Shown: positions 28,677-39,071 of the stretch, piece by piece | Layout of the letters: every line of letters starts with the position of its first letter | Position numbering within the stretch: the first letter of the stretch is position 1 | Source: an uncultured Eubacteriales bacterium | GTDB lineage: Bacteria; Bacillota_I; Bacilli_A; RF39; UBA660 | Direction: 5' to 3' | Length of the DNA stretch: 41,889 bases | Assembly: GCA_905372515.1 (NCBI GenBank) | Contig: CAJPPJ010000002.1 | Location: 1-41,889, forward strand | The notes under the pieces: generated by a model | Told to the model about the DNA's origin: nothing | Database searches by the model: none | Seen by the model: only the letters and a program-made list of their open reading frames with translations | Made by a program: the position numbers and the translations under genes

Positions 28677-31538
28677 ATGTATACACCTATATATTTAAAA
28701 ACAAATTACTCATTTTTAGAAAGTACTATTAGAATTGAAAAACTAATAGATTTTGCAGTAGATAAAAAATTTAAATATGTTTGTATTACTGATATAAATA
28801 TGATAGCTGTTATGGAGTTTTATCATTTAGCTAAAAAACATAATTTATTACCAGTAGTAGGTTTAGAAATAACTTTATCTGCTTTAAAAGTTTTAGTATT
28901 TGGTAACTATTATTCACTTATTAAACTTGCGACTTTATCTAGTGAAAAAGAACTGGATATAGATGATTTATCTGATGATTTAACTTATGTTTTACCATAT
29001 GATTCTAAATCTCTACTAGATGTATTAAAAAATAAAAATATTTATTTAGGATATAAAAATGAAAAAGAAGAAATAGAACTTAGCTTATTATCTGAAAATA
29101 TTATTTTTTTACCTAAACATACTTCTTTAACTAAAAAAGATGCAGAGAACTTTAAATATTTATCTATGCTTAAAGGAGAAAAAATAGATAAAGAAGAAAT
29201 AAATAATTATTATATAGAAAATATAGATAAACAAGAAGAAACAGATAGATTCTTATCTAATTTTGTTTTAGAAATAAAAAAAGAAGAAGATGTATTACCA
29301 ATATATGATAAAGATAAAGATGCAGAAAAAACTTTAATAGAACTATCTATTAAAGGTCTTTGTTTAAGACTTAATAAAGATTATAAAGATATAGATATTA
29401 GTTATAAAGAACGTTTAAAAAAAGAATTAGATACAATAAATACTATGAATTTTGCTAATTATTTTTTAGTAGTTAGTGATTTTATTAGATATGCAAAAAG
29501 AAAAAAAATACTAGTGTCTCCAGGAAGAGGTTCAGTAGTAGGTAGTTTGGTAGCATATACAATTGGTATAACAGATATAGATCCTTTAAAATATAATTTA
29601 TATTTTGAAAGATTTTTAAATGCTTCTAGGATTACTATGCCAGATATTGATACTGACTTTCCTGATATTTATAGAGAAGATGTAATAGATTATGTTAAAG
29701 AAAAATATGGAAAGGAAAATGTATCTGGAGTAGTGACAGTATCTACTATGCAAACTAAACAACTAGTTAGAGAAATATCAAAACTTTTTTCTGTTGAAAA
29801 TAAAATAGTAGAAAGAATATTAAAATTAGTGGATTCTAAAACATCTTTAAAAGAAGCAGTGGATAAAAGTTTAAATTTAAAAGAAATATTTAATTCTAAT
29901 TTAGAACTTAGAAAAATATATGATTTATGTATATTTTTTGATTCATTTCCACATCATACATCTATTCATGCATCAGCAATAATAATTTCTAATAAAAATT
30001 TAAAAACCATAATACCTTTAATTAAAAGTAATGATTTATATTTAACTTCGTATACTATGAATTATTTAGAAGAATTAGGACTATTAAAAATGGATTTTTT
30101 AGGTATTAAGAATTTAACAACTATTATGAATATTATTAATGATATTAAAAAGAATACAAACGAAGAAATAGACTTTAATAAGATAGATTTAAATGATAAA
30201 AAGACATTAGAATTATTTAGAAATGCTAATACTAAAGGTATATTTCAATTCGATAGTATTGGTATGAGAAGATTTTTATATAATTTAAAAGTAGATAATT
30301 TTTCGGATATTTATGCTGCAATAGCTCTTTATAGACCAGGTCCTCAAGAAAATATTCCTAGTTATATAAGAAGGAAAGAAGGTAAAGAAAAAGTTGAATA
30401 TTTAGATAAGTCTTTAGAACCTATCTTATCTTCAACTTATGGAATTTTAATATATCAAGAACAACTTATGGAAATAGCTCATATTTATGCAGGTTTTACT
30501 TTAAAAGAAGCAGATTCTTTTAGAAAAGCAGTATCTAAAAAGAATTTAAGTGATTTAAAAGAACTAGAAGAAAAATTTATAAGTTCATCTTTAAAATTAA
30601 ATAGGGATATTAATGTTACTAAAAAAATTTTTAATTTAATATTAAAATTTGCTAATTATGGTTTTAATAAATCACATTCTGTAGCTTATTCTGTAGTAGC
30701 ATTTAAACAAGCTTATTTTAAAGCACATTATAAAGAATATTTTTATAAAGAAATATTACTTAATGAATTAAATGATAAGGAAAAAACAGAAGAATATATT
30801 AATGAAGCGAAAGTACTAGGAATAGAAGTTAAAGGACCTAATATATTAAAATCAACTTTAGAATATTCTTTAGAAGAAAATAAATTATATTATCCACTTA
30901 TTGGTATTAAAGGAATAGGTTTAGTCTTAGCAGAAAAGATAAATAATATTACTAAATCTCTTGATATATATGATATGTTTGTAAAATTATATGAAATAGG
31001 TATAAGAGAAAATATTTTTGAAATATTAATAAAGTCAGGAGCATTTGATTCTTATAATATAAATAGAAAAAGTTTAATGGAAAGTTTATCATCTCTTATT
31101 AATTATGCTGAATTAAAACTTAATTATTTTTCAGAAGATATTAAACCTGTAATAGTTAGTTATAAAGATTATACTGAATTAGAAAAACTAGAAATGGAAA
31201 AAGATCTTCTAGGATTTTATTTATCTAGTTATCCTACATCTATATATAAAAAAGATGGTTTTATTGAAGTTAAAGATTTAAATAAATATATAAATAAAGA
31301 AGTTACAATAGTACTTTATATTAATAGAGTAAAAGAAATAATAACTAAAAATGGTGAAAAAATGGCATTTGTCGATGCTAGTGATAAAGATAAAGTTTCT
31401 TTAACTATTTTTCCAAAGACATATAAAGATATAGAGATAAATAAAAAAGATATTGTTGAAGTTAAAGGACAGGTAGTTATTAGAAATGCTGAAAGACAAA
31501 TAATAGTTAAAACTATAAAAAAAATAACAAGTATTTAA
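28677..31538 (+). CDS. dnaE: DNA polymerase III alpha subunit, DnaE type (short, PHP metal ligands degenerate)
   Basis: Polymerase core motifs are present: GRGSVVGSLVAYTIGITDIDP, MPDIDTDF, LLKMDFLGIKNL, RPGP, FANYGFNKSHS, and a C-terminal OB-like region. The N-terminus reads IYLKTNYSFLES where HLHVHSEYSLLDG is usual. Confidence 0.93.
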   Translation: MYTPIYLKTNYSFLESTIRIEKLIDFAVDKKFKYVCITDINMIAVMEFYHLAKKHNLLPVVGLEITLSALKVLVFGNYYSLIKLATLSSEKELDIDDLSDDLTYVLPYDSKSLLDVLKNKNIYLGYKNEKEEIELSLLSENIIFLPKHTSLTKKDAENFKYLSMLKGEKIDKEEINNYYIENIDKQEETDRFLSNFVLEIKKEEDVLPIYDKDKDAEKTLIELSIKGLCLRLNKDYKDIDISYKERLKKELDTINTMNFANYFLVVSDFIRYAKRKKILVSPGRGSVVGSLVAYTIGITDIDPLKYNLYFERFLNASRITMPDIDTDFPDIYREDVIDYVKEKYGKENVSGVVTVSTMQTKQLVREISKLFSVENKIVERILKLVDSKTSLKEAVDKSLNLKEIFNSNLELRKIYDLCIFFDSFPHHTSIHASAIIISNKNLKTIIPLIKSNDLYLTSYTMNYLEELGLLKMDFLGIKNLTTIMNIINDIKKNTNEEIDFNKIDLNDKKTLELFRNANTKGIFQFDSIGMRRFLYNLKVDNFSDIYAAIALYRPGPQENIPSYIRRKEGKEKVEYLDKSLEPILSSTYGILIYQEQLMEIAHIYAGFTLKEADSFRKAVSKKNLSDLKELEEKFISSSLKLNRDINVTKKIFNLILKFANYGFNKSHSVAYSVVAFKQAYFKAHYKEYFYKEILLNELNDKEKTEEYINEAKVLGIEVKGPNILKSTLEYSLEENKLYYPLIGIKGIGLVLAEKINNITKSLDIYDMFVKLYEIGIRENIFEILIKSGAFDSYNINRKSLMESLSSLINYAELKLNYFSEDIKPVIVSYKDYTELEKLEMEKDLLGFYLSSYPTSIYKKDGFIEVKDLNKYINKEVTIVLYINRVKEIITKNGEKMAFVDASDKDKVSLTIFPKTYKDIEINKKDIVEVKGQVVIRNAERQIIVKTIKKITSI

Positions 31539-31584
31539 ACTATATTGTAAATTGTGTTAGAATATTAAACGTAAAGGAGAAAAG

Positions 31585-32397
31585 ATGGAACTAGTTTTTA
31601 AAACTAATGATTATTTATTAGCATGGTATTTACTTTTTAAACCATCTACTGATACAGAGTTTCAAAAAATTAAATTAAAACTTTGGAAAAATTATACTGA
31701 AGAATATAAAAAAATTGAAAAAGATAATGTTAAAATAATGCAAGATACAGATAATTTTATACCTAATAATGATTTAATATATGATAAAATATTTGAGACA
31801 GATTACTTTAAAAAATATAAGACAAAAACTGATAAAAATATGTTTATGTTAAGAGAAGCATATGATATTAATAAAAAAGTTATAGATAAAGAATTAAAAG
31901 ATATTTTAAAACATAAAATTAGAAATATTTATGAAGTAATAGTTATGTATCCAGAATTAAATATATCAGAATATGTTAAAAATAATCCCAAAAAAGTTAT
32001 AGTGTGGGGAAGAAAAGAAGATGAAGAAGATGCTTTAGGATCAGTGTTTAAAATATTATATACTGCATTAAAATATGAACTTAGTGATTTAAAAATATCT
32101 AGAGAAAATATTTTAAGTTCTATAATAGATATGATTATAACTAATGAATTACAATCAAGATTATTAAATAAATCTTGTTATGAAGAAGGTTTTAAAAAAC
32201 TATTAGAAATAAAACATACTTTATATCCTTATTTTCTTATGTATTTAGGTATTATAGAAAAAGAAGAACTTCTTAAAAGAAGTAAGTATGATAATATAAA
32301 ATTTGATGTAAAAGTTATAGAAAATGGATTAGCAAAAATTGATATAAAAGAATTTATTACATTTTGTGATGAAAATTATCAATATTTAATTCATTAA
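31585..32397 (+). CDS. hypothetical protein (270 aa) between dnaE and polC
   Basis: Clean ORF with RBS AAAGGAGAA. I recognise no motif. Confidence 0.65.
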   Translation: MELVFKTNDYLLAWYLLFKPSTDTEFQKIKLKLWKNYTEEYKKIEKDNVKIMQDTDNFIPNNDLIYDKIFETDYFKKYKTKTDKNMFMLREAYDINKKVIDKELKDILKHKIRNIYEVIVMYPELNISEYVKNNPKKVIVWGRKEDEEDALGSVFKILYTALKYELSDLKISRENILSSIIDMIITNELQSRLLNKSCYEEGFKKLLEIKHTLYPYFLMYLGIIEKEELLKRSKYDNIKFDVKVIENGLAKIDIKEFITFCDENYQYLIH

Positions 32398-32408
32398 TTG
32401 GAGGAAAG

Positions 32409-35400
32409 ATGTTAGATAATAAAAAAATATTTGAAGTTTTAAATATAACTGATGATAAGTATATAAATTCTATAGAATTTACTAAAATAAAACATAAAAC
32501 TAAAGATAAGATTTTATTAGTTTATATAACATCAAAAATAAGATTAGATTTAGATTTTTTTCATAAATTAAAAGAAGGATTTAAATCTCTTTTTTTAGTT
32601 AATGAAGTAGAAATATTTTTAGAAGTAGATGAATATAAAGATGATTACTTTAAAGATTATTACGAAGAGTTAATAGAAGATTATAAAGATTTGTCTATTT
32701 ATAGATATTTAAATAGTATTTATAAGAAAGATGGAGTTTATAAAATAGATGTAATAAATGATGCTGAAAAAGAAAAAATTCAAGATGTAGTTGATAATAT
32801 AAGTGAAGATTTGAAAAAATTAGGTTATTTATATGATATAGATCTTTATATTAATGAAGAAAAAAATAAACTTCTTGACATGGAACTAGAAAAAGAAAAA
32901 CAAGCAAGTTTAAATAGTGTTAGTTTTAGTGACAATAAACCTAGTTATACACCAACTTCACCTATAGTTAGAACTAATTTAAGAGAAATGAAAAATGATT
33001 ATGAAATAACATCATTAAATAATTTAGTAGTAGATTCATCTAAAGATAATATTTATTGTGTAAGAGGAATTATCTTCGAAGTTGAATTTCGTGAAACTAA
33101 AAAAGAAAATGATATTTATATAGTTAAGATAAATGATGGTACTAATTCTTTGGTAATTAAGACTTTTGTTAAGAAAACTGATAGTGAAATGCAAAGTTTT
33201 TTAGGAAAATTATTAAAAATTGGTAATAATATTTGTGTAAGAGGAGTATTATCACATGATCAATACGATAATGGTGAACTTAGTTTAATGTTTAGAGAAA
33301 TAAAACAAATAGAAATAGTAAAAGAAGAAATAAAAGAAAAAAGAAAATCTAGAGTAGAACTTCATGCTCATTCTAAATTATCAGTTCTTGATTCTTCAAT
33401 CGATCCAAAAGATTTAGTTAAACATGCTTATAAGCTTGGACATAGAGGAGTAGCTATAACAGATCATGATGGAGTTTTAGCATTTCCAGAAGTTTTTAAA
33501 GAAGTTAAATCTATTAATAAAACATTATCTGAAGAAGAAAAATTTAAAGCTTTATATGGTACAGAATTAGTACTTGTCGATGATTTTGTAGAAATAGTTA
33601 TTAATCCTAAAAGAAATGTATTAGATCAAGAATATGTAGTATTTGATACAGAAACAACAGGACTTGAAGCTAAAGATAAAAATCAAATGATAGAAATAGG
33701 TGCTGTTAAGATTAAAAATGGAAAGATTATAGATAGATTTGATGAACTTATTGCTTGTCCTTATCCACTTGATGAAAAAATAATATCTTTAACTAATATC
33801 ACAAATGAGATGTTAAAAGATAAAAGGAGTGAAGAGGAAGTAGTTAAATCTTTCTTAGAATTTACTTCATCTAGTATTTTAGTAGCGCATAATGCAAGAT
33901 TTGATATGTCGTTTTTAAATTATGCTATAGAAAAGTATAATTTACCAACTATAAAAAATGATATTTTAGATACGCTTATTTTATCTAGATACTTAACACC
34001 AAATGAAAAATATCATAATTTATCCACTATAACTAAAAGATATCAAATAGATTTTAGTGAAGAAGGACATCATAGAGCAGATTATGATGCTGAAGCTACA
34101 GCTTTAGTACTTTTAAAGATGTTTGAAAAATTAGATGTTAAAACAATAGAAGAATTAAAAAAAATAAAAATAATAGATAAGACAATAGTATTTAATAATC
34201 ATATTGAAATGTTAAATGATACTTTTGTAGTATTTGATACAGAAACAACTGGTCTTAATGCAGTAAATGATAAACTTATTGAAATAGGTGCTGTTAAAAT
34301 TAAAAATGGTGTTATTATAGATCGATTTGACGAACTTATTAATCCAGGAATATCTATACCAGAAAAAATTACTGAAATAACTACTATTACCAATGAAATG
34401 GTTAAAGATAAAAGAAGTGAAAAAGAAGTAGTAAAAGATTTTATTGAATGGATTGAAGATTATCCAATGGTAGCACATAATGCTCACTTTGATGTTTCAT
34501 TTATTAGAAATAGTTTAGCTAATAATAATTATGGTAATTTAAATAATCCTGTAATTGATACCTTAGTTTTATCAAGATTCTTAGATAACGAAGAAAAAAG
34601 ACATTCATTATCAGCAATAACTAAAAGATATGAAATAGAATTTAGTGAAGAAGGTCACCATAGAGCAGATTATGATGCTGAAGCTACAGCTTTAGTATTT
34701 CATAAAATGTTACAAAAAATAGCTCCAAGAGATATTTTAACTCTAGATGATTTACCGAATATTATTAATAAAGATGATATTCATAAATTTGGTAGAACCT
34801 ATCATATAAATTTAATAGCACAAAATAGAGAAGGTTTAAAAAATTTATTTAAAATAGTATCTTATGCTAATACTAAATATTTTTATAAAGGAGAAGCTAG
34901 GATACTTAGAAGTGTTTTAGAAAAGTTAAGAGAAAATATTTTAATTTCTTCTGGTTGTTATCAATCAGAAATCTTTGTGGAGTCTAGATATGTATCTGAA
35001 AATGAACTTGATACTATGATAGATTTCTATGACTTTGTTGAAGTTCAACCACCAGTATGTTATTCACAATTAATTGACTTAGGAGATTTTACATCTATAG
35101 AAGAAATAAAATCTAAAATAAAATATATTATTGAAAGAGTAAAATCTAGAGGAAAAATAATAGTTGCAACAGGAGATGTACATACTCTTAATAAAGAAGA
35201 TGAAATATATAGAAAAATTTTAATAAATCAAAAAGTACCTGGTGGAGGAAGACATCCATTAAATAGAAATAATATTAAAAATATTCCAAACACTTATTTT
35301 AGAACTACAGAAGAAATGCTTGAAGAATTTAACTTTTTAGATGAATCATTAAGAGAAGAAATAGTAGTAGATAATACTTTAAAAATTTTAGATTTATGTG

Positions 35401-37340
35401 AAAATATTGAAGTAATTATTGATACTAAAGGAATACCATTTTCACCTAAAATAAAAGATAGTGATAAAGAAACTAGAAGAATAGTCTATGAAAAAGCTCA
35501 TGAACTTTATGGAGAAGAACTTCCAGAATATGTCGAAAATAGAATAGAAGAAGAATTAAAAGGAATAATCGGTGGAGGATTTGATGTTATTTATTTAATA
35601 GCACAAAAACTTGTTAAAAAAAGTAATGATGATGGTTACATTGTAGGATCAAGAGGTTCTGTTGGATCTAGTTTTGTTGCAACTATGATGGGTATTACAG
35701 AAGTTAATCCTTTAAAAGCTCATTATTTATGTCCTAATTGTAAACATTCTATTTTTGAAATAGATGGTAAAAGTATATCAGAAACATATTCTTCAGGTTA
35801 CGATTTACCAGAGAAAAAATGTCCAAAATGTGATAGCTTAATGAAAGGTGAAGGACAAGATATGCCTTTTGCTACTTTCTTAGGATTTAATGCAGATAAA
35901 GTTCCGGATATAGATTTAAATTTCTCAGGAGACTATCAATCTCATGCTCATGACTATACAAAAGTTTTATTTGGAGAAGATAAAGTATTTAGAGCTGGTA
36001 CAGTTGGAACTGCAGCAGAAAAAACAGCATTTGGTTATGTGAAAGCTTACTTAGAAGAAAAAGGTATTACTAATTTTAGAAAAGCGGAAATAGAAAGAAT
36101 TGCTAAGAAGTTAGTTGGTGTTAAAAGAACAACTGGACAACATCCAGGAGGAATAGTAGTAGTACCAGATTATATGGATATTTTTGATTTTACTCCATAT
36201 CAATATCCTGCTAATGAAAAAGGTGAATGGTATACAACTCACTTTGATTATCATGCAATTGATGAATGTCTATTAAAATTAGATATACTAGGACATGATG
36301 ATCCTACAATGATAAAAATGTTAGAAGATTTATCTGGAATAGATATCAAAAATATTAATGTAGGAGATGAGAAAATACTTTCTTTATTTTCTGGAACAGA
36401 AGTAATGAATGTAACACCGGAACAAATTGGTTGTAAAATAGGTACTCTTGGTCTTCCAGAACTTGGAACTGATTTTGTAATTAATATGTTACTTGAAACA
36501 AAACCTAAAACCTTTTCTGAGCTTGTTAAAATATCAGGTTTATCTCATGGTACTGATGTATGGAATAATAATGCTCAAGATCTAGTAAAATCAGGAATAG
36601 AATTTAAAAATATTATTGGATGTCGTGATGATATAATGGTTAATCTTATCAGTTATGGTATAGAACCACTTAAATCTTTTAAAATAATGGAATTTGTTAG
36701 AAAAGGTAAACCATCTAAAGAAAAAGATCAGTGGTTAGAATATGCAGCTATTATGAAAGAACATAATGTACCAGAATGGTATATAGAATCATGTCATAAA
36801 ATAAAATATATGTTCCCTAAAGCTCATGCTTGTGCTTATGTTTTAAGTGCACTTAGAATTGCATATTTTAAAGTTTATTATCCAATATATTACTATGCAG
36901 CATATTTTTCTATTAGAGAACACGATTTTGATGTATATGCTATGGTAAATGGATATGATAAGATAAATGAAACTATTTTAATGTTAGAAGAAAAAGGTTA
37001 CGGAAGAAGTAATAAAGAAGATAGTGTTTTAGGTTGCTTAAGAGTTGTTAGAGAAGCAAGTAGTAGAGGTATCAAGTTCTTAACTCCAAGAGTTAATGAA
37101 AGTGAAGCTAAAAAGTTTAAAGTAATAGATGATAAAACTTTATTATTACCATTTATTGCTATGGATGGACTTGGAGAAATAGTTGCAGAAAATATAGTTA
37201 AAGAAAGAAATATAAAAGAGTATACTAATATAGAAGAATTTGAAAAACGAGGTAAAATTTCAAGCACACTTATAAAAGAAATGAGACTTTTAAATATGTT
37301 TGATGGAATGGACGAATCTAGTCAACTAAGTCTATTTTAG
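32409..37340 (+). CDS. polC: DNA polymerase III PolC-type with duplicated 3'-5' exonuclease domain
   Basis: 1643 aa. PHP-N VELHAHSKLSVLDS and two DEDDh exonuclease units are followed by PHP-C YHINLIAQNREGLKNLF. Also present: GSRGSVGSSFVATMMGITEVNP, Zn-finger-like CPNCKH...CPKCD, PDIDLNFSG, LLKLDILGHDDPT and FPKAHACAYV. Confidence 0.97.
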   Translation: MLDNKKIFEVLNITDDKYINSIEFTKIKHKTKDKILLVYITSKIRLDLDFFHKLKEGFKSLFLVNEVEIFLEVDEYKDDYFKDYYEELIEDYKDLSIYRYLNSIYKKDGVYKIDVINDAEKEKIQDVVDNISEDLKKLGYLYDIDLYINEEKNKLLDMELEKEKQASLNSVSFSDNKPSYTPTSPIVRTNLREMKNDYEITSLNNLVVDSSKDNIYCVRGIIFEVEFRETKKENDIYIVKINDGTNSLVIKTFVKKTDSEMQSFLGKLLKIGNNICVRGVLSHDQYDNGELSLMFREIKQIEIVKEEIKEKRKSRVELHAHSKLSVLDSSIDPKDLVKHAYKLGHRGVAITDHDGVLAFPEVFKEVKSINKTLSEEEKFKALYGTELVLVDDFVEIVINPKRNVLDQEYVVFDTETTGLEAKDKNQMIEIGAVKIKNGKIIDRFDELIACPYPLDEKIISLTNITNEMLKDKRSEEEVVKSFLEFTSSSILVAHNARFDMSFLNYAIEKYNLPTIKNDILDTLILSRYLTPNEKYHNLSTITKRYQIDFSEEGHHRADYDAEATALVLLKMFEKLDVKTIEELKKIKIIDKTIVFNNHIEMLNDTFVVFDTETTGLNAVNDKLIEIGAVKIKNGVIIDRFDELINPGISIPEKITEITTITNEMVKDKRSEKEVVKDFIEWIEDYPMVAHNAHFDVSFIRNSLANNNYGNLNNPVIDTLVLSRFLDNEEKRHSLSAITKRYEIEFSEEGHHRADYDAEATALVFHKMLQKIAPRDILTLDDLPNIINKDDIHKFGRTYHINLIAQNREGLKNLFKIVSYANTKYFYKGEARILRSVLEKLRENILISSGCYQSEIFVESRYVSENELDTMIDFYDFVEVQPPVCYSQLIDLGDFTSIEEIKSKIKYIIERVKSRGKIIVATGDVHTLNKEDEIYRKILINQKVPGGGRHPLNRNNIKNIPNTYFRTTEEMLEEFNFLDESLREEIVVDNTLKILDLCENIEVIIDTKGIPFSPKIKDSDKETRRIVYEKAHELYGEELPEYVENRIEEELKGIIGGGFDVIYLIAQKLVKKSNDDGYIVGSRGSVGSSFVATMMGITEVNPLKAHYLCPNCKHSIFEIDGKSISETYSSGYDLPEKKCPKCDSLMKGEGQDMPFATFLGFNADKVPDIDLNFSGDYQSHAHDYTKVLFGEDKVFRAGTVGTAAEKTAFGYVKAYLEEKGITNFRKAEIERIAKKLVGVKRTTGQHPGGIVVVPDYMDIFDFTPYQYPANEKGEWYTTHFDYHAIDECLLKLDILGHDDPTMIKMLEDLSGIDIKNINVGDEKILSLFSGTEVMNVTPEQIGCKIGTLGLPELGTDFVINMLLETKPKTFSELVKISGLSHGTDVWNNNAQDLVKSGIEFKNIIGCRDDIMVNLISYGIEPLKSFKIMEFVRKGKPSKEKDQWLEYAAIMKEHNVPEWYIESCHKIKYMFPKAHACAYVLSALRIAYFKVYYPIYYYAAYFSIREHDFDVYAMVNGYDKINETILMLEEKGYGRSNKEDSVLGCLRVVREASSRGIKFLTPRVNESEAKKFKVIDDKTLLLPFIAMDGLGEIVAENIVKERNIKEYTNIEEFEKRGKISSTLIKEMRLLNMFDGMDESSQLSLF
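33632..34725 (+). repeat. tandem duplication (offset 588-591 nt) of the exonuclease-domain coding segment within polC
   Basis: GTAGTATTTGATACAGAAACAAC occurs at 33636 and at 34227. An identical 39-mer CATAGAGCAGATTATGATGCTGAAGCTACAGCTTTAGTA occurs at 34071-34109 and 34659-34697. Confidence 0.9.
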
Positions 37341-37348
37341 GGAGAATA

Positions 37349-39070
37349 ATGGATAATATAGTAGAAGAAGTAAGAAAAAAAACAGATATAGTAGATTTAA
37401 TATCAGAATATATACCTTTAATTAAAAAAGGAAAAAATTATTTTGGAGTATGTCCTTTTCATGATGATTCTAATCCATCTATGTCGGTATCGCGAGAAAA
37501 ACAAATATATAAATGTTTTTCTTGTGGAGCTAGTGGAAATATTTATAACTTCTTAATGGATTATGAACATATTGATTTTAAAGAAGCACTAAGTAAATTA
37601 TCATCAAAATTAGGGATTAACATAGAAAATACTACTATTAAAGTAAATAATAAGTTTGATAAATTTTATGAAATATATGATTTAACAAGTAAACTATATC
37701 AAAATAATTTATTATCTGAAAAAGGCAGTAGTGCTAGAAATTATTTGAAGTCCAGAAATATAAGTCTTGAAGAAATAAAAAAATTTAATATAGGTTTATC
37801 TTTTTCTAATAATCAAGTAGTAAAACAATTAGAAAAAAAATATAATTTATTAGATTTAGAAGATGTTGGACTTATTTCTAATAATCATGATATTTTTCAA
37901 AATCGTATTATGTTTCCACTAATGAATTTAGAAAATAAGACAGTAGCATTTTCTGGAAGAATTTATGATACTAATAGTAAAGATTCTAAATATATAAATA
38001 CTAAAGAAACTAATATCTTTAAAAAGGGGGAAATATTATATAATTATTATGCTTGTAAAGAAGATGTAAGAATTAAAAAATATTTAATTTTAGTAGAAGG
38101 TTTTATGGATGTTATAAGACTTTCTACAATAGGTATTAAAAATGTAGTAGCTACTATGGGAACTTCACTAACTATAAATCAAATAAAATTATTAAAAAGG
38201 TTGTCTAATAATATTTATTTATGTTTTGATGGAGATAATCCTGGAAAACTTGCAAATATAAATAATGGTGAAGAACTCATAAAACATGATATTAATATAA
38301 AAGTAATATCTTTGGATAATAATGATGATCCAGATTCATATGTTTTAAAAAATGGAAAAGAAAAATTTGAAACTTTAATAGAAGAAGCGAAAAGTTATCA
38401 AGAATATTATATGGAATATCAAAAAGATAATATTTCTACTACAGATATTAAAGAAGTAACAGAGTATATTAATAAAGTATTAGAAAAATTAAAATATAAT
38501 AATAACGCTATAGAAAAAGAGTTAGTTTTGAAAAAACTTGCAAAAGATTTTGATATATCGTATAATACCCTAGAAAATCGCTTAAAAGATTATAGTTTAG
38601 AAAAAAATACTAATTTAGAAGTAAAAAGCCCTAAAAAAGAAGAAAAAATAACAGTTAATAAATATTATGTTGCTAGTAGAGATTTGATAATGGGAATGTT
38701 ATACAATAACAAAATTATAGATATTTATAAAAACTATAATATTCAGATGATCAATAATAAGTTTGATGCGATTTTAAATGAAATATTATATAGATATGAT
38801 GTTTATGGAAGTGTAGAAGTTGCTGAAATATTTGATGAGTTTATATCGAATGATGAAGAAAGAGAATTCTTTAAAACTTTAATTACTGATGAAGAAGTAT
38901 ATAGTGAGGATTACTATATTGATTGTATTAAAAGTATTAATGAATGTGTAACTAATCAAAAAATCAAATATTTGCAAAAGATGATTGAAGAAGAAAAAGA
39001 TGTTAATAAGCAAATAGAATATCTAAATACTATGGGGATACTGAAAAATAATTTAGAGAAGGGGATTTAA
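37349..39070 (+). CDS. dnaG: DNA primase
   Basis: Zinc finger CPFHDDSNPSMSVS..KQIYKCFSCGASGN, RNA polymerase domain, and Toprim EGFMDV...DGDNPG. Confidence 0.95.
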   Translation: MDNIVEEVRKKTDIVDLISEYIPLIKKGKNYFGVCPFHDDSNPSMSVSREKQIYKCFSCGASGNIYNFLMDYEHIDFKEALSKLSSKLGINIENTTIKVNNKFDKFYEIYDLTSKLYQNNLLSEKGSSARNYLKSRNISLEEIKKFNIGLSFSNNQVVKQLEKKYNLLDLEDVGLISNNHDIFQNRIMFPLMNLENKTVAFSGRIYDTNSKDSKYINTKETNIFKKGEILYNYYACKEDVRIKKYLILVEGFMDVIRLSTIGIKNVVATMGTSLTINQIKLLKRLSNNIYLCFDGDNPGKLANINNGEELIKHDINIKVISLDNNDDPDSYVLKNGKEKFETLIEEAKSYQEYYMEYQKDNISTTDIKEVTEYINKVLEKLKYNNNAIEKELVLKKLAKDFDISYNTLENRLKDYSLEKNTNLEVKSPKKEEKITVNKYYVASRDLIMGMLYNNKIIDIYKNYNIQMINNKFDAILNEILYRYDVYGSVEVAEIFDEFISNDEEREFFKTLITDEEVYSEDYYIDCIKSINECVTNQKIKYLQKMIEEEKDVNKQIEYLNTMGILKNNLEKGI

Positions 39071-39071
39071 G

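Noticed and set aside
34199-34487. Two minus-strand ORFs (34199..34393 and 34212..34487) inside polC. The ORFs at 36998..37267 and 12043..12234 are similar.
   Set aside because: They are antisense shadows within polC and the 445-aa gene, with no independent support.
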